Below are positions 13,074-24,597 of a stretch of DNA of 64,000 nt, piece after piece. The stretch covers positions 68,019,781 through 68,083,780 of the forward strand of contig NC_090397.1 of the NCBI RefSeq assembly GCF_036365525.1. Direction: 5' to 3'. This stretch comes from Heterodontus francisci. Taxonomy: Eukaryota. Position numbers and translations under genes: made by a program. The stretch's first letter is position 1; every line of letters begins with the position of its first letter. The notes under the pieces were generated by a model. The model had not been told where the DNA came from and did not search any database. It saw only the letters and a program-made list of their open reading frames with translations.

Positions 13074-13824
13074 CTGCATACACAGCCAACAGTTAAGATT
13101 CAGAATGCTGTGGAACGATGTGAGCAAAGAAGCTAAGGGCGTGGTATAAAATAAGGCCATACATAGCAGAGTGAGGAAAGGACATCTGACTAAACTGGCT
13201 CTTCAATGCTGCATATTTCTTCAGTGTTGATCCCGTCATTCCTTGCTCCTCCCCACCCCGCTGGGTAACAGAGAACCTATTTGTATGCTGTAGAACAAAG
13301 TAGTAAAAATGACTATAAAAGGACTATGACAGGAATGTTGAACAGAAGTGAATGAGGAGTGGCTTGGTGCCTTGGAAGCATGCTTACTAATATACGTGCT
13401 TATCTAGTTAATTGTACAATATATCGCTTTACTGAAATTGTTATCTTAAGCTGTGATAATGTTCTACGTCTACAAGTAGTCACATGCCTGTAAAACCCTT
13501 CAATGAACTACAGAGGGAGTGTCCCACTGAACTGAGCAACCTTTCCGATAATATCTGTTGCCAAAAATGGTTTACATATGTTGAGATTTTATTTATTCAC
13601 AAGATCTTGCACCCCACCAAGTCTAACATAGAAGAATTTTAATGACGCAATATGTCAAGCATCACTTTTTAAATTAACTGGGTGTTTTCTAGAGTGATTC
13701 CAGGATAATTACTAGAATTTTGGTAAAGAGAACCTGTGGGTGCTATTGTCCATGTAAATACTGCCAACCCCACAATCTCTCGATTTCCTCCAATGCTTTT
13801 CTTATTCGTATTTAAGTATCTCTC

Positions 13825-13931
13825 TCAAATTTGCTTGCTTTTTATTCTTTATTCCTCCTCTTCTGTTTTCTCTCTCACCATCTCTCCTTCAGGTGTGGTC
13901 ATTTTGTTTCAGGATGTCAGCCTTGACTAAG
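13825..13931 (+). repeat. 107-bp segment, source copy of local duplication
   Basis: Identical base for base to 22351-22457. Confidence 0.95.
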
Positions 13932-14654
13932 CTCCTTGAGGTGATAGAGTTTCTGGCACCTTGCCCAAGTGGCCACTGTTCTATGCAAATGATTGAATGA
14001 TTTTACCGATACTGGAGAGTGAAAGTATTCTACCAGCTCTGTAAATTATTAACAGTTTTACTCTGATGGAACAGATTGGATAAGCACTGCCTCAATCAGA
14101 ACATCTTTACCCATTCAACCTGTAATAACACTAGAAACGTCATAGATAATGGAAACACACACCCACCGGCCAACAAAACCTAGAAGTGGGCGCAGTATCA
14201 GGAACACTCAATATAGCAGGTGAAGCATGATATTGCTGCACATCATACTTTCAGCCCTCAAAGTACAAAAAAACGCACCCTCAATCAGGGTGTAAAGGTA
14301 AAAATCCATAACATATACAGGGGAATTTTTTGTTGTCACTTGCTGTCCTTTAAGATAGGACAATGAGACACACATTTTGTTTTTCCTTTTTCACATCCTG
14401 AAGACTCTTCAATGGGAGATGGTATCACAGGTAGTCAGTCGCTCTTCACTACTTCACTTAATTGATCATCACTCATGTATAAGCCTCAACAGTGTGTGGG
14501 ATGGGTGACAGAGGAAGAGGCAGTAGTATAGCCAATCTTACTCACTTCTTCTGAAGAACCACTACTTCTAACTTATCAAATCAGATAAAGAATTCAATGT
14601 AGTATTACAATCACCTCATACTGGAAAGGAAAGGAAGAAAGAAAGAAAGGTGGA

Positions 14655-15327
14655 TGTGGTCTTTGGAGACCAATCATCTCAGCTCCAGGACATCACTGCA
14701 AAAGTTCCTCAGGGTAGTGTCCTTGGCCCAACCATCTTCAGCTGTTAGATCAATGACCTTCCCTCCATCATAAGTTCAGAAATGAAGATGTTAGCTGATG
14801 ATTGTAGAGTGTTCAATACCATTCACAACTCCTCAGATACTGAAGCTGTCCATACCCGCATGCAGCAAGACTAGTTCAACATTCAGGCTTGGGCTAAGTG
14901 GCAAGTAACAAGTAACATTTGCGTCACACAAGTGCCAGACAATGACCATCTCCAACAAGATTCTAACCGTTAACCCTTGACATTCAATGGCATTACCATC
15001 ACTGAATCCCCCACCATCAACATCCTGGGGGGTACTATTGACCAGAAACTTAACTGGACCAGTCATATAAATACTGTGGTTACAAGAGCAGGTCAGAGGC
15101 TGGGAATTCTGCGGCACGTAACTCACCTCTTGAGGCTCCAAAGCCTGTCTACCATCTGCAAGGCATAGGTCAGGAGTGTGACATACCTGGATGGGTGCAG
15201 CTCCAACAACACTCAAAAAGCTCGACACCATCCAAGACAGCAGCCCGCTTGATTGGCATTCTATCCAGACGCTTAAATATTCACTCCTTCCACCACCAGC
15301 CCAAAGTGGCAGCAGTGTATACCATCT
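14655..15327 (+). mobile_element. CR1-group LINE 'family A' RT fragment, 5' part of split copy
   Basis: [11 protein letters not shown] / TFNGITITESPTINILG / RAGQRLGIL motifs; breaks at ...accatct and resumes at 18221. Confidence 0.88.
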
Positions 15328-15380
15328 TTTTTTAAAATTCTTTCATGGAATGCGGGCACCATTGACAAGTGCAGCATATA

Positions 15381-17860
15381 TAGGTAATATGCAGGTAATT
15401 ATATAGGCATGAGGTCAGATTTGGCCCTAGTGGACTGGGCAGGAAGACTACAAGGCAGGACAGTTGACGAGCAGTGGCAGATGTTTAAGGAGATATTCAA
15501 TTTATCCCAACTAAAATATATTCCAGAGAGGAAGAAAGATTCTAGGAGGGGGAAAAAAAACATACATGGCTAGGCAAGGAAGTTAAGGATAACATAAAGA
15601 CAAAAACTAAGGCATACCATATTGCAAAGGCCAGTGGCAGGCTGGAAGATTGGGAAACACTTAAAGATCAAGAAAGGGTTACTAAAAATGTAATAAAAAG
15701 AGCAAACGCAAAATATAAAAATGGATAGCAAAAGTTTCTATAAGTATATAAAAGGGAAGAGAGTAGCTAAAGTGAATGTTGGTCCGTTGGAGGATGAGAC
15801 TGGGGAGTTAATAGAAGGGAACACAGAAATGGCAGAGACACTAAATCAGTATTTTGCTTCAGTTTTCACGGTGGAGGACACTAGTACCATCCCAATAGTA
15901 ACAGGTAATGCAGAGGTTAGAAAAAGGGAGGAACTTAGAACAATCATCATCACTAGGGAAAAAGTACTGAGTAAACTATTGAGGTTGAAGGCAGACAAGT
16001 CCCCAGGGCCTGATGGCCTACATCCTAGGGTCTTAAAGGAAGTGGCAGTGGAGATAGTGGATCCATTGGTTATAATATTCCAAAATTCTCTGGATACGGG
16101 AAAGGTTCCAGTGGATTGGAAAAAAACTAAAGCTAAAAGCCCTTATTCAAAAAGGGAGGGAGGCAGAAAGTAGGAAACTATAGACCAGTTAGTTTAACAT
16201 CTGTCATTGGGAAATTGTTAGAATCCATTATTAAGGAAGTAATAACAGGACATTTAGAAAGTCAAAACGCAATCCATCAGAGTCAGCATGGGTTTTATGA
16301 AGGATAAATCGTGTTTGACTAATTTGCTAGAGTTCTTTGAAGCTATAACAAGCAAAGTGGATAATGGGGATCCTGTAGATGTAGTTTATCTGGACTTCCA
16401 GAAGACATTTGATAAGGTGCCACACAAAAGATAATACACAAGATAAGTTCACATGGGGTTAGAGGCAATTTATTAGCTTGGATACAGGATTGGCTAACCA
16501 ACAGAAAACAGATAAATGGGTCTTTTTCTGGTTGGCAAGGTGTAACTAGTGGGGTGCCACGGGGTTCGGTCCTCTGGCCCCAACTATTTACAATCTACAT
16601 AAATGGCTTGGTACTACAGCCAAATTTGCAGATGACACTAAAATAGGTGGGACAGTAAGTTGCAATAAAGAAATCAGAAATCTACAAATGGATATGGATA
16701 GATTAGATAAATGGGCCAAAATTTGGCAGATGGATTTTAACGTCGATAAGTGTGAAGTTATCCATTTTGGTCGGAAGAATAGAAAGGCAAATTATCTAAA
16801 TGGAGAGAAACTTCAGAGTGCTTTGGTGCAGAGGGATCTGGGTGTCCTCGTGCATGAATCGCAGAAAACTAGTTTGTAGGTACAGCAGGTGATAAGGAAG
16901 GCAACTGGAATTTTGGCATTTATTGCTAAAGGAATAGAGTATAAAAGTAGGGAAGTATTGCTGCAACTGTACAAGGCATTGGTGAGACCGCACCTGGAGT
17001 ATTGCGTACAGTTTTGGTCCCCTTACTTGAGAAAGGATTTATTTATTTTATTTATTTAGAGATACAGCACTGAAACAGGCCCTTTGGCCCACCGAGTCTG
17101 TGCTGACCATCAACCACCCATTTTATACTCATCCTACATTAATCCCATATTCCCTACCACATCCCCACCTACCACCTACCTACACTAGGGGGCAAGTTAC
17201 AATGGCCAATTTACCTATCAACCTGCAAGTCTTTGGCTGTGGAGGAAACCGGAGCACCCAGTGGAAACCCACGCGGTCACAGGGAAAACTTGCAAACTCC
17301 ACACAGGCAGTACCCAGGTCGTTGGAGCTGTGAGGCTGCGGTGCTAGCCACTGTGCCGCCCAGTAGTTGCATTGGAGGCAGTTCAGAGGAGGTTCACTAG
17401 ATTGATTCCAGAGATGGGGTGCTTGTCTTATGAAGAGAGATTGAGCAGTTTAAGCCTTTACTCTCTGGAGTTTAGAAGAATAAGAAGAGATCTAATTTAG
17501 GTATATAAGATGATTAAGGGGCTTGACAAAGTAGACATAGAGAGGATGTTTCCTCTTGTGGGGCAATCTAGAACGAGAGGTCATAGTTTTAGGATAAGGG
17601 GTAGCAGATTTAAAACAGAGATGAGGAGAAATTACTTCTCTCAAAGGCTCGTAAGTCTGTGGAATTCACTACCTCAGAGTGCGGTGGATGCCGGGACATT
17701 GGGTAAATTTGAGGAGATAGACAGATTTTTAATTTTTAATTGGGTTGAAGGGTTATGGAGAACGGGCAGGAAAGTGGAGTTCAGGCCATGATCGTATTGA
17801 ATGGCAGAGCAGGCTCAAGGGGCTGAATTGCCTACTCCTGCTCCTAATTCTTATGTTCTT
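15381..17860 (+). mobile_element. CR1 LINE, 5'-truncated ORF2 with frameshifts
   Basis: KSPGPDGLHPRVLKE, FADDTK, KCEVIHFG, LEYCVQFWSP and LWNSLP motifs; CR1 tail ...ttcttatgttctt; interrupted by an HE1 SINE. Confidence 0.93.
17039..17360 (-). mobile_element. HE1-like V-SINE nested in CR1
   Basis: tRNA-like head, V-domain (tgtgtggagtttgca..ttctcc), CR1-like tail and (TAAA)n end. Confidence 0.9.
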
Positions 17861-18219
17861 ATTTGTTGCGTATCCCTAATTGCCCTTGACAACTGAATGG
17901 CTTGGTAGGCCATTTCAGAAGGCAGTTCAGAGTCAACCACATTGTTGTGGGTCTGGAGTCATATGCAGGCCAGACAGGTAAGGATGGCAGATTTCATTCC
18001 CTAAAGGACATTAGTGAACCAGATGGGTTTTTACAACAATCAACAATGGTTTCATGGTAAGCATGAGACTAGCTTTTTAAAAAAAAAAAATCCAGGTTTC
18101 AATCCAGAATTCAAATTTCACCACCTGCCATGGTGGGATTCGAACCCATATCCCCAGCACATTAGCCTGGGCTCTGGATTACTAGTCCAGTGACATTACC
18201 ACTACGCCACAGCCTCCCC
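17861..18219 (-). mobile_element. tRNA-derived SINE with family-A LINE tail (tail tip at 15328-15380)
   Basis: Minus-strand A box TGGCGTAGTGG and B box GGTTCGAATCC; 3' end matches the family A LINE 3' end; split by the CR1 insertion. Confidence 0.8.
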
Positions 18220-18220
18220 T

Positions 18221-18560
18221 ACAAATTTCACTGCATCAACTAGCCAAGGCTCCTTCAACAGCACCTTCCAAACCCACGACTTCTACCATCTGGAAGGACA
18301 ATGGAAGCAGATACATGGAAACATCATGTATCATGTTCTCCTCCAAGTCACACACCATACTGATTTGGAACTATATTGTCATTCCTTCACTGTCACTGGG
18401 TCAAAACCCAAGAACTTCCTCCCTAAGAGCACTGTGGGCGTATCTGCTCCGCATGGAATGCAGTGGTTTAAGAAAACGGCTCACCACCACCTTCTCAAAG
18501 GCAATAAATGCCGGTCTTTCCAGCGATGCCCACTTCCCAAGAACGAATAAAAAAATAATC
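18221..18560 (+). mobile_element. Family A LINE 3' part of split copy
   Basis: Resumes acaa..cactgc; ends cacttcccaagaacgaataaaaaaa like the other family A copies. Confidence 0.88.
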
Positions 18561-20044
18561 TGAGCTCACCTGTTTGGACATATATAATTCATTGTATAGA
18601 TGAATTTCTAAACAAAAATGCAACTATTTACATTTTCCCAAATTTTTCAAAGATATTGCTGCTTCAAATATTATTACATCTATTTTAAAGTTATAAAAAT
18701 AATTACATTAAATGCTAAATTCCCACATTCTAATGAAAAAAGGATGCTATTAAAAATAGAAATTGATCATATTAACCACATGGCAAGCACAACACAACCA
18801 AAAAAGAACAGATTTACATTCAAAACTTTAACAGTAAGGTATCTACAGAACCTGAAATATACTAGTTCCATAAACAAATTTTGCACCAAAATCTGCTCCA
18901 ATTTTATGAAGATTTAAGTGCATTAGCCTAACTGCTCCAATATACTTCAAGGGGAATAAAGACTCCCCCTTTTTAATGAAAAATTTACTGATTTACAATA
19001 TGTAGTAAGGTCTCCCTCTTTGCTAGGCCTCCCCACTGGCAATAGCTGCAGGAAATGTACCTGTACATCTCTTAGTGGCTCCATTTCAAACAGTGGGATA
19101 TGGCTTCAAACCAGCTCAAATGTGATCCCAGAGCTGTAAGACTGCAGGAAACCACAGCAGATGAGGAAATCTGCATTCCAAGCCTGTGCTGTTATTACAC
19201 AAGGCACATGCCAAAATCTTTGTTTTAACTCTGACTCAATATTTTGAATTATAATCCTCTCCCAGATTCTTAACAGCTTCTCTTGCCTACTCTGACAGTC
19301 TCCAGCTGCAGTTTGACGCAATCGAGGCTTACATTTGGGACCTGTAATATTATTAATGATTATACATCATCACCTTCTGCCAGTGAAGCAGAGCAGTCTC
19401 TCAGCTCTGCCAAGATTTTCTTTGAAAGTTCACTGTACCTCAGAACCAGAGTTAGAATACAAAATTGCATGGCTAGCCATGTATTACAAGGCTAGAATAC
19501 AGTGGAGAGAGTATCATTTAGCTATGAAGAAAGGTTCCAAGAATTTGATCAAACTGAGACTTTCTTCCATTGCCACATCACGTTAGTTGTCAAGATTTAG
19601 GACATTGTGACGACTTCAAGTAAACGAGAGCCATATTCCTAATTACCAGACATTCACCATTCTAACAGTTCTTTAGGAGTTAAATGTAAAGTAAAATTGG
19701 GCGGCATGTAAACCAGGTGGCCAATCTGATCGCCTGTCCCGCCAAGCAGCTTAAAATTACCCCCATTATATTGGGTCAAACACATCAAGCCAAAAAACCA
19801 TTAGGGTCCAATAGGTACTATATCCTCTGTAACAGATTGGAAATATATTATTACTAAGGATCCAAATCTCAGGTCAGCAGACAGCGCAGAGCACATATAA
19901 TGGATGCAACCACAGGTGCCAATAAATATGTACGAGTGTACAAAACAAAGGTCTTTTTAATTACAGAAAAATTGCTCAGGTTACTATTCTAGTTTAATTT
20001 TAACACTACTCAATTATTGCAAGTATTTTTCTCCCATTTCTTAC

Positions 20045-20186
20045 CCTGGTAGTCTTCCTGTTCCTGGCGTTCATTAATGTCAAGCGTCAGCTTCTTCATA
20101 CGCATTCTTTCTTCCTGCTCCGCCTGCTGCTGATTCCAGTGATTTGCAGCAAGCTGCGAATTCATTGGCACGTTCAGTATTTTAAA
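20045..20186 (-). CDS. UPF2: UPF2 coding exon
   Basis: atgcAG|TTT...CAG G|GTAAGA; 142 nt; FKILNVPMNSQLAANHWNQQQAEQEERMRMKKLTLDINERQEQEDYQ. Confidence 0.97.
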
Positions 20187-20576
20187 CTGCATAAAAAGAA
20201 TATAAATCATAAGATGTGGATTTTTCATGAACAGTTAATGAGATAGTAAAGCTTCAGCATTTTCTTTTTGGGAAAAACATAGCCTCTGTTCCTGAACAGT
20301 AAAGTGAACTGACTAGTACAGTGACTGAGAAAATTCTCTCTTCCTCTCTGGGACCTTTGCTACAAAAAGAACTCAGTCTAGGTAAGAACCCAACATGGAC
20401 CAATTTTAATTAACCTTCCTTCCCTGACAGGGTTTTACATCAAATTAATTTGGGGAAATCTCAACCCGGTTTCTATTAGGCATGAGTCCGAAGCACGAAA
20501 CAGTCCACAATTGATTATTTGTCAATTTCAAAGCAGCCAAAAGGATGACTGGTAAGGAATAGAGAAAACGTTACTA

Positions 20577-21105
20577 TTTTGTTTTTATTCGTTCGTGGGA
20601 TGTGGGCATCGCTGGCTAGGCCAGCATTTGTTGCCTAATTGTCCTTGAGATGGTGGTGGTGAGCTGCCTTCTTGAACCACTGCAGTCCTTGGGGTGTAGG
20701 TACACCCACAGTGCTGTTAGGGAGTTCCAGGATTTTGACCCGGCGACAGTGAAGAAACAGCAATATAGTTCCAAGTCAGGATGGTGTGTGGCTTGGAGGG
20801 GAACTTGCAGGTGGTGGTGTTCCCATGTATCTGCTGCCCTTGTCCTGTTAGGTGATAGAGGTCACAGGTTTGGAAGGTGCTGTCTCAGCAGCCTTGGTGA
20901 TTTGCTGCAGTGCATCTTGTAAATGGTACACATTGCTGCCACTGTGTGTCGGTGGTGGAGGGAGTGAATGTCGAGGGTAGTGGATGGGGCGCCAATCATG
21001 CGGGCTGCTTTGTCCTGGATGGTGTCGAGCTTCTTGAGTGTTGTTGGAGTTGCACCTATCTAGGCAAGTGACTCCTGACTTGTGCCTTGTAGATGGTGGA
21101 CAGAC
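20577..21105 (-). mobile_element. Family A LINE 3' fragment
   Basis: Near-collinear with 23742-24290 and 48783-49330. Confidence 0.88.
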
Positions 21106-21534
21106 ACTAGTGGATCATAGAGCTTTACTGACATTGGGAGTTACTGAAAGCTATGAGAGACTGCAGTTGAAAAATTGTCACAAACAAAGCACATTGTTTA
21201 ACTAATTTGATTAGATTGTTGGCTAATTCATTTTAACTGCTTTGTGACACATACATTTCTACTTTAGTTAAAACCTCAATAGTTATTCTGCATTCACAAT
21301 TCAATCATCGAAAATGAATTTCAGGAAGCAAATGCATTGGTTCTTAGAGCGTCTGACATGATAGGAGATACAACTGAAATGAGCTCAATTTTTCTCGATC
21401 AACTGCTAAGATTTATTTAATGGGGAAGTTCAAAAAACTATTGCAAAAATAGGTGCATGTAAATGTTTGCCATAATCGAACACAGTTATTTTAATAAGTA
21501 TTCATGATTTACACCCTTTGTCCATGCACAAACA

Positions 21535-22170
21535 GCTTGAGTGAGGAAATTAACAAAACTTGTCGTTGGGTCAGTGGTCTGATGCGTACCCGCCTCCAGG
21601 CGATCTTCCCCGGCGGGTTATCACTGGCAGAGGCCACCCGTCCAGCACTGGCAGGCAGCCAATCTGCATAATTAACTGGCCATTTGTGGGATGATTGGGG
21701 ACATCGCCGGGAAGATCTCCTAAACTGAGGGCCAAGGCCAACAGGGGCCTGGAGGTGGCTTGCCAGTGAAGCCTCCTACTTTCACCAACCTTCCCCTACA
21801 ATTACCCCCAACCGGAGCTGCAGCCATCAGTGGGCCACGGCTGCGGCCACTGGCCATCCTGTGGAGGTTTCCCCTCCACAGGGATGACAAAGCAGGTGTA
21901 GCCACCCTTTATTTTAAGGTGAATACCTCTTCAGAGGCTGCCTCAAGATGAAAACACCCTCGGGGCCCCATCCTGCAGTGGCAGCGCCCTCTCTGTCGGT
22001 GGGGCTACCATCGTTCCAAGGCTGCAGGCCCTGTTATTAGGCCTGCAGTCTTAGTAAGCTGTCAAGGCGACCTCTTAATTGGCTGCCTCTGGGAAAAGCC
22101 AATGTGGGGTTGGGACCTTGAAATGGTCTGACCCTTGATTATTTTACAGGGCACAAGATTCCGCCCTATA
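21535..22170. mobile_element. GC-rich non-autonomous DNA-transposon-like relic
   Basis: GC/CpG-rich block in AT-rich intron resembling the elements at 30009 and 51848; termini decayed. Confidence 0.4.
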
Positions 22171-22350
22171 ATACGGAACTCCGTATTTTAGTGTCAAACA
22201 CATGTTTTAAAATTATATTTATTATACTGAATTAAAACAAAAAATGTTAGAAATGAATATGTCTGCTGGTATCTGAAAGAGAAGCATTTATGAACATTTG
22301 AGGTGAGACACTTCAACCTTTCACCAACATTGAAAGAATTCGCTATTCAT

Positions 22351-22457
22351 TCAAATTTGCTTGCTTTTTATTCTTTATTCCTCCTCTTCTGTTTTCTCTC
22401 TCACCATCTCTCCTTCAGGTGTGGTCATTTTGTTTCAGGATGTCAGCCTTGACTAAG
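22351..22457 (+). repeat. 107-bp duplicate of 13825-13931 fused to SINE 5' end
   Basis: Perfect identity; ends exactly where the HE1 head ggcggcacagtggcgcagtgg starts. Confidence 0.95.
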
Positions 22458-22794
22458 GCGGCACAGTGGCGCAGTGGTTAGCACCGCAGCCTCACAGCTC
22501 CAGCGACCCGGGTTCAATTCTGGGTACTGCCTGTGCAGAGTTTGCAAGTTCTCCCTGTGTCTGTGTGGGTTTCCTCCGGGTGCTCAGGTTTCCTCCCACA
22601 TGCCAAAGACTTGCAGGTTGATAGGTAAATTGGCCATTATAAATTGCCCCTAGTATAGGTAGGTGGTAGGGAAATATATAGGGACAGGTGGGGATGTGGT
22701 AGGAATGTAGGATTAGTATAAATGGGTGGTTGATGGTCGGCACAGACTCGGTGGGCCGAAGGGCCTGTTTCAGTGCTGTATCTCTAAAACTAAA
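22457..22794 (+). mobile_element. HE1-like V-SINE, full length
   Basis: A box tggcgcagtgg, B box ggttcaattc, V-domain, tail gggccgaagggcctgtttcagtgctgtatctctaaa. Confidence 0.92.
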
Positions 22795-23741
22795 ATTAGT
22801 CCTTTAACCTAATTTTTGTATGCTGTTTGATTATTTAATAATAAACATTGCCCACAGTTCCTTAACAGCCTCAATGGCTTTTGCAAGAACTTGATGACTG
22901 CTTGCAAAACTTATTACCCTGAAGAAATAACGTGCATTTATATAGTTCCTTTAATGTATCAAAATGTCCCAAAGGTGCTTCACAGTTGGTCAGCTGACCC
23001 GAACAGAAGTTAGAGGGAAAGAGAACTGAAATTGTAATCGAAGTGTTGTGTTTTTAACAAGGCTTTTGAAGATGAGATATGTAGCAAGATGATGCAGTGT
23101 AGGGAGGGAGTGCCACAACGTGGTGGCAGGATGACCAACAGTTCTGCAGACCTTTATCGTTCACAAATGATTGAATTAAACAGGAATTTCCATTTAACAC
23201 AGAGACATTGACACTAAAACTATGCGAGCCAAACAGGTTGTTATTTTATACTGAAGTTTCCACAGTAAAGCTAGAGAACCAGTCTCATCCCAACCCATAT
23301 TTTCCTGCAATATGCCAGAAGTAGAGGCATCTCCTCAGAGCTTTCTCCTTGGTTGACAAAAACACCCTTGTTTTTGTCTAGTTAAAACATAATTTAATAC
23401 ACAGTCTGTGTTGTTCAAAGCGGTGGAATCAGTCCAACTAGAAGTATCTGCATTTTAACAGGAATTTACTCATTGCTGCCAGCAAGAACCCACCCCTTTA
23501 GAAAACAGTGAAAACTCCTTCAGAACAAAGTGCAGCTTCATTACTCCAATACCACCAACCCGGATCATGTATTTTTGTTATAATTCAACCTACAACAGGC
23601 TTCAAAACACCACTTGGGTTTCAGATGAACAGTCTGCTGTTTTTTTTTAATGTTTAAATTGGCTTTATAAAGAGCAAAAAATCTTAATCATTCACAAATC
23701 CACAGATTTAAAAAAATGCTATTCTTAGTTCTTAACAGCAG

Positions 23742-24594
23742 TTTTTTAAAAATTACTCGTTTATGGGGATATGGGCATCGCTGGCCAGGCCAGCATTGAT
23801 TGCCCATCCCTAATTGGCATTGAGAAGGTGGTAGTGAACTTCTTGAACCGATGCAGTCCATTTGGGGTAGGTACACCCACAGTGCTGTTAGGAAGGGAGT
23901 TCCAGGATTTTGACTCAGTGACAGTGAAGGAACGAAGATATAGTTCCAAGTCAGGATGGTGTGTGACTTGGAGGTAAAATTGCAGGTGGTGGTGTTCCCA
24001 TGCATTTGCTGCCCTTGTCCTTCTAGGTGGTAGAGGCTGTGTGTTTGGAAGGTGCTGTCTAAAGAGCCTTGGTGCATTGTTGCAGTGCATCTTGTAGATA
24101 GTACACACTGCTGCCACTGTGCATCGGTGGTGGAACAAGTGAATGTTTGTAGATGGGGCACCAATCAAGTGGGCTGCTTTGTCCTGGATGGTGTCGAGCT
24201 TCTTGAGTGTTGTTGGAGCTGCACCCATCCAGGCAACTGGAGAGTATTCCATCACACTCCTGACTTGTGCCTTGTAGATGGTGGACAGGCTTTGGGAAGT
24301 CAGGAGGTGAGTTACTTGCCGCAGGATTCCTAGCCTTTGACCTGCTCTTGTAGCCACGGTGTTTATATGGCTACTCCAGTTCAGTTTCTGGTCAATGGTA
24401 ACCCCCAGGATGTTGATAGTGTGGGATTCAGCAATCGTAATGCCATTGAATGTCAAGGGGAGATGGCTAGATTCTCTCTTGTTGGAGATGGTCACTGCCT
24501 GGCACTTGTGTGGCGCGAATGTTACTTGCCACTTATCAGCCCAAGCCTGGATATCGTCCAGGTCTTACTGCATTTCTACTCAGACTGCTTCAGT
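23742..24594 (-). mobile_element. Family A LINE 3' fragment with 244-aa ORF2 remnant
   Basis: ORF 23761..24495 (KAQVRSVMEYSPVAW...SWNSLP). Confidence 0.9.
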
Positions 24595-24597
24595 TTA

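Noticed and set aside
18121-18219. tRNA gene
   Set aside because: A and B boxes belong to a SINE head attached to a LINE-derived tail; no complete cloverleaf. The same applies to the HE1 heads.
19061-19341. Possible extra exon (ttacAG ... CAG|GTACAT)
   Set aside because: Weak pyrimidine tract and donor, no UPF2-like coding; the flanking exons already join in frame.
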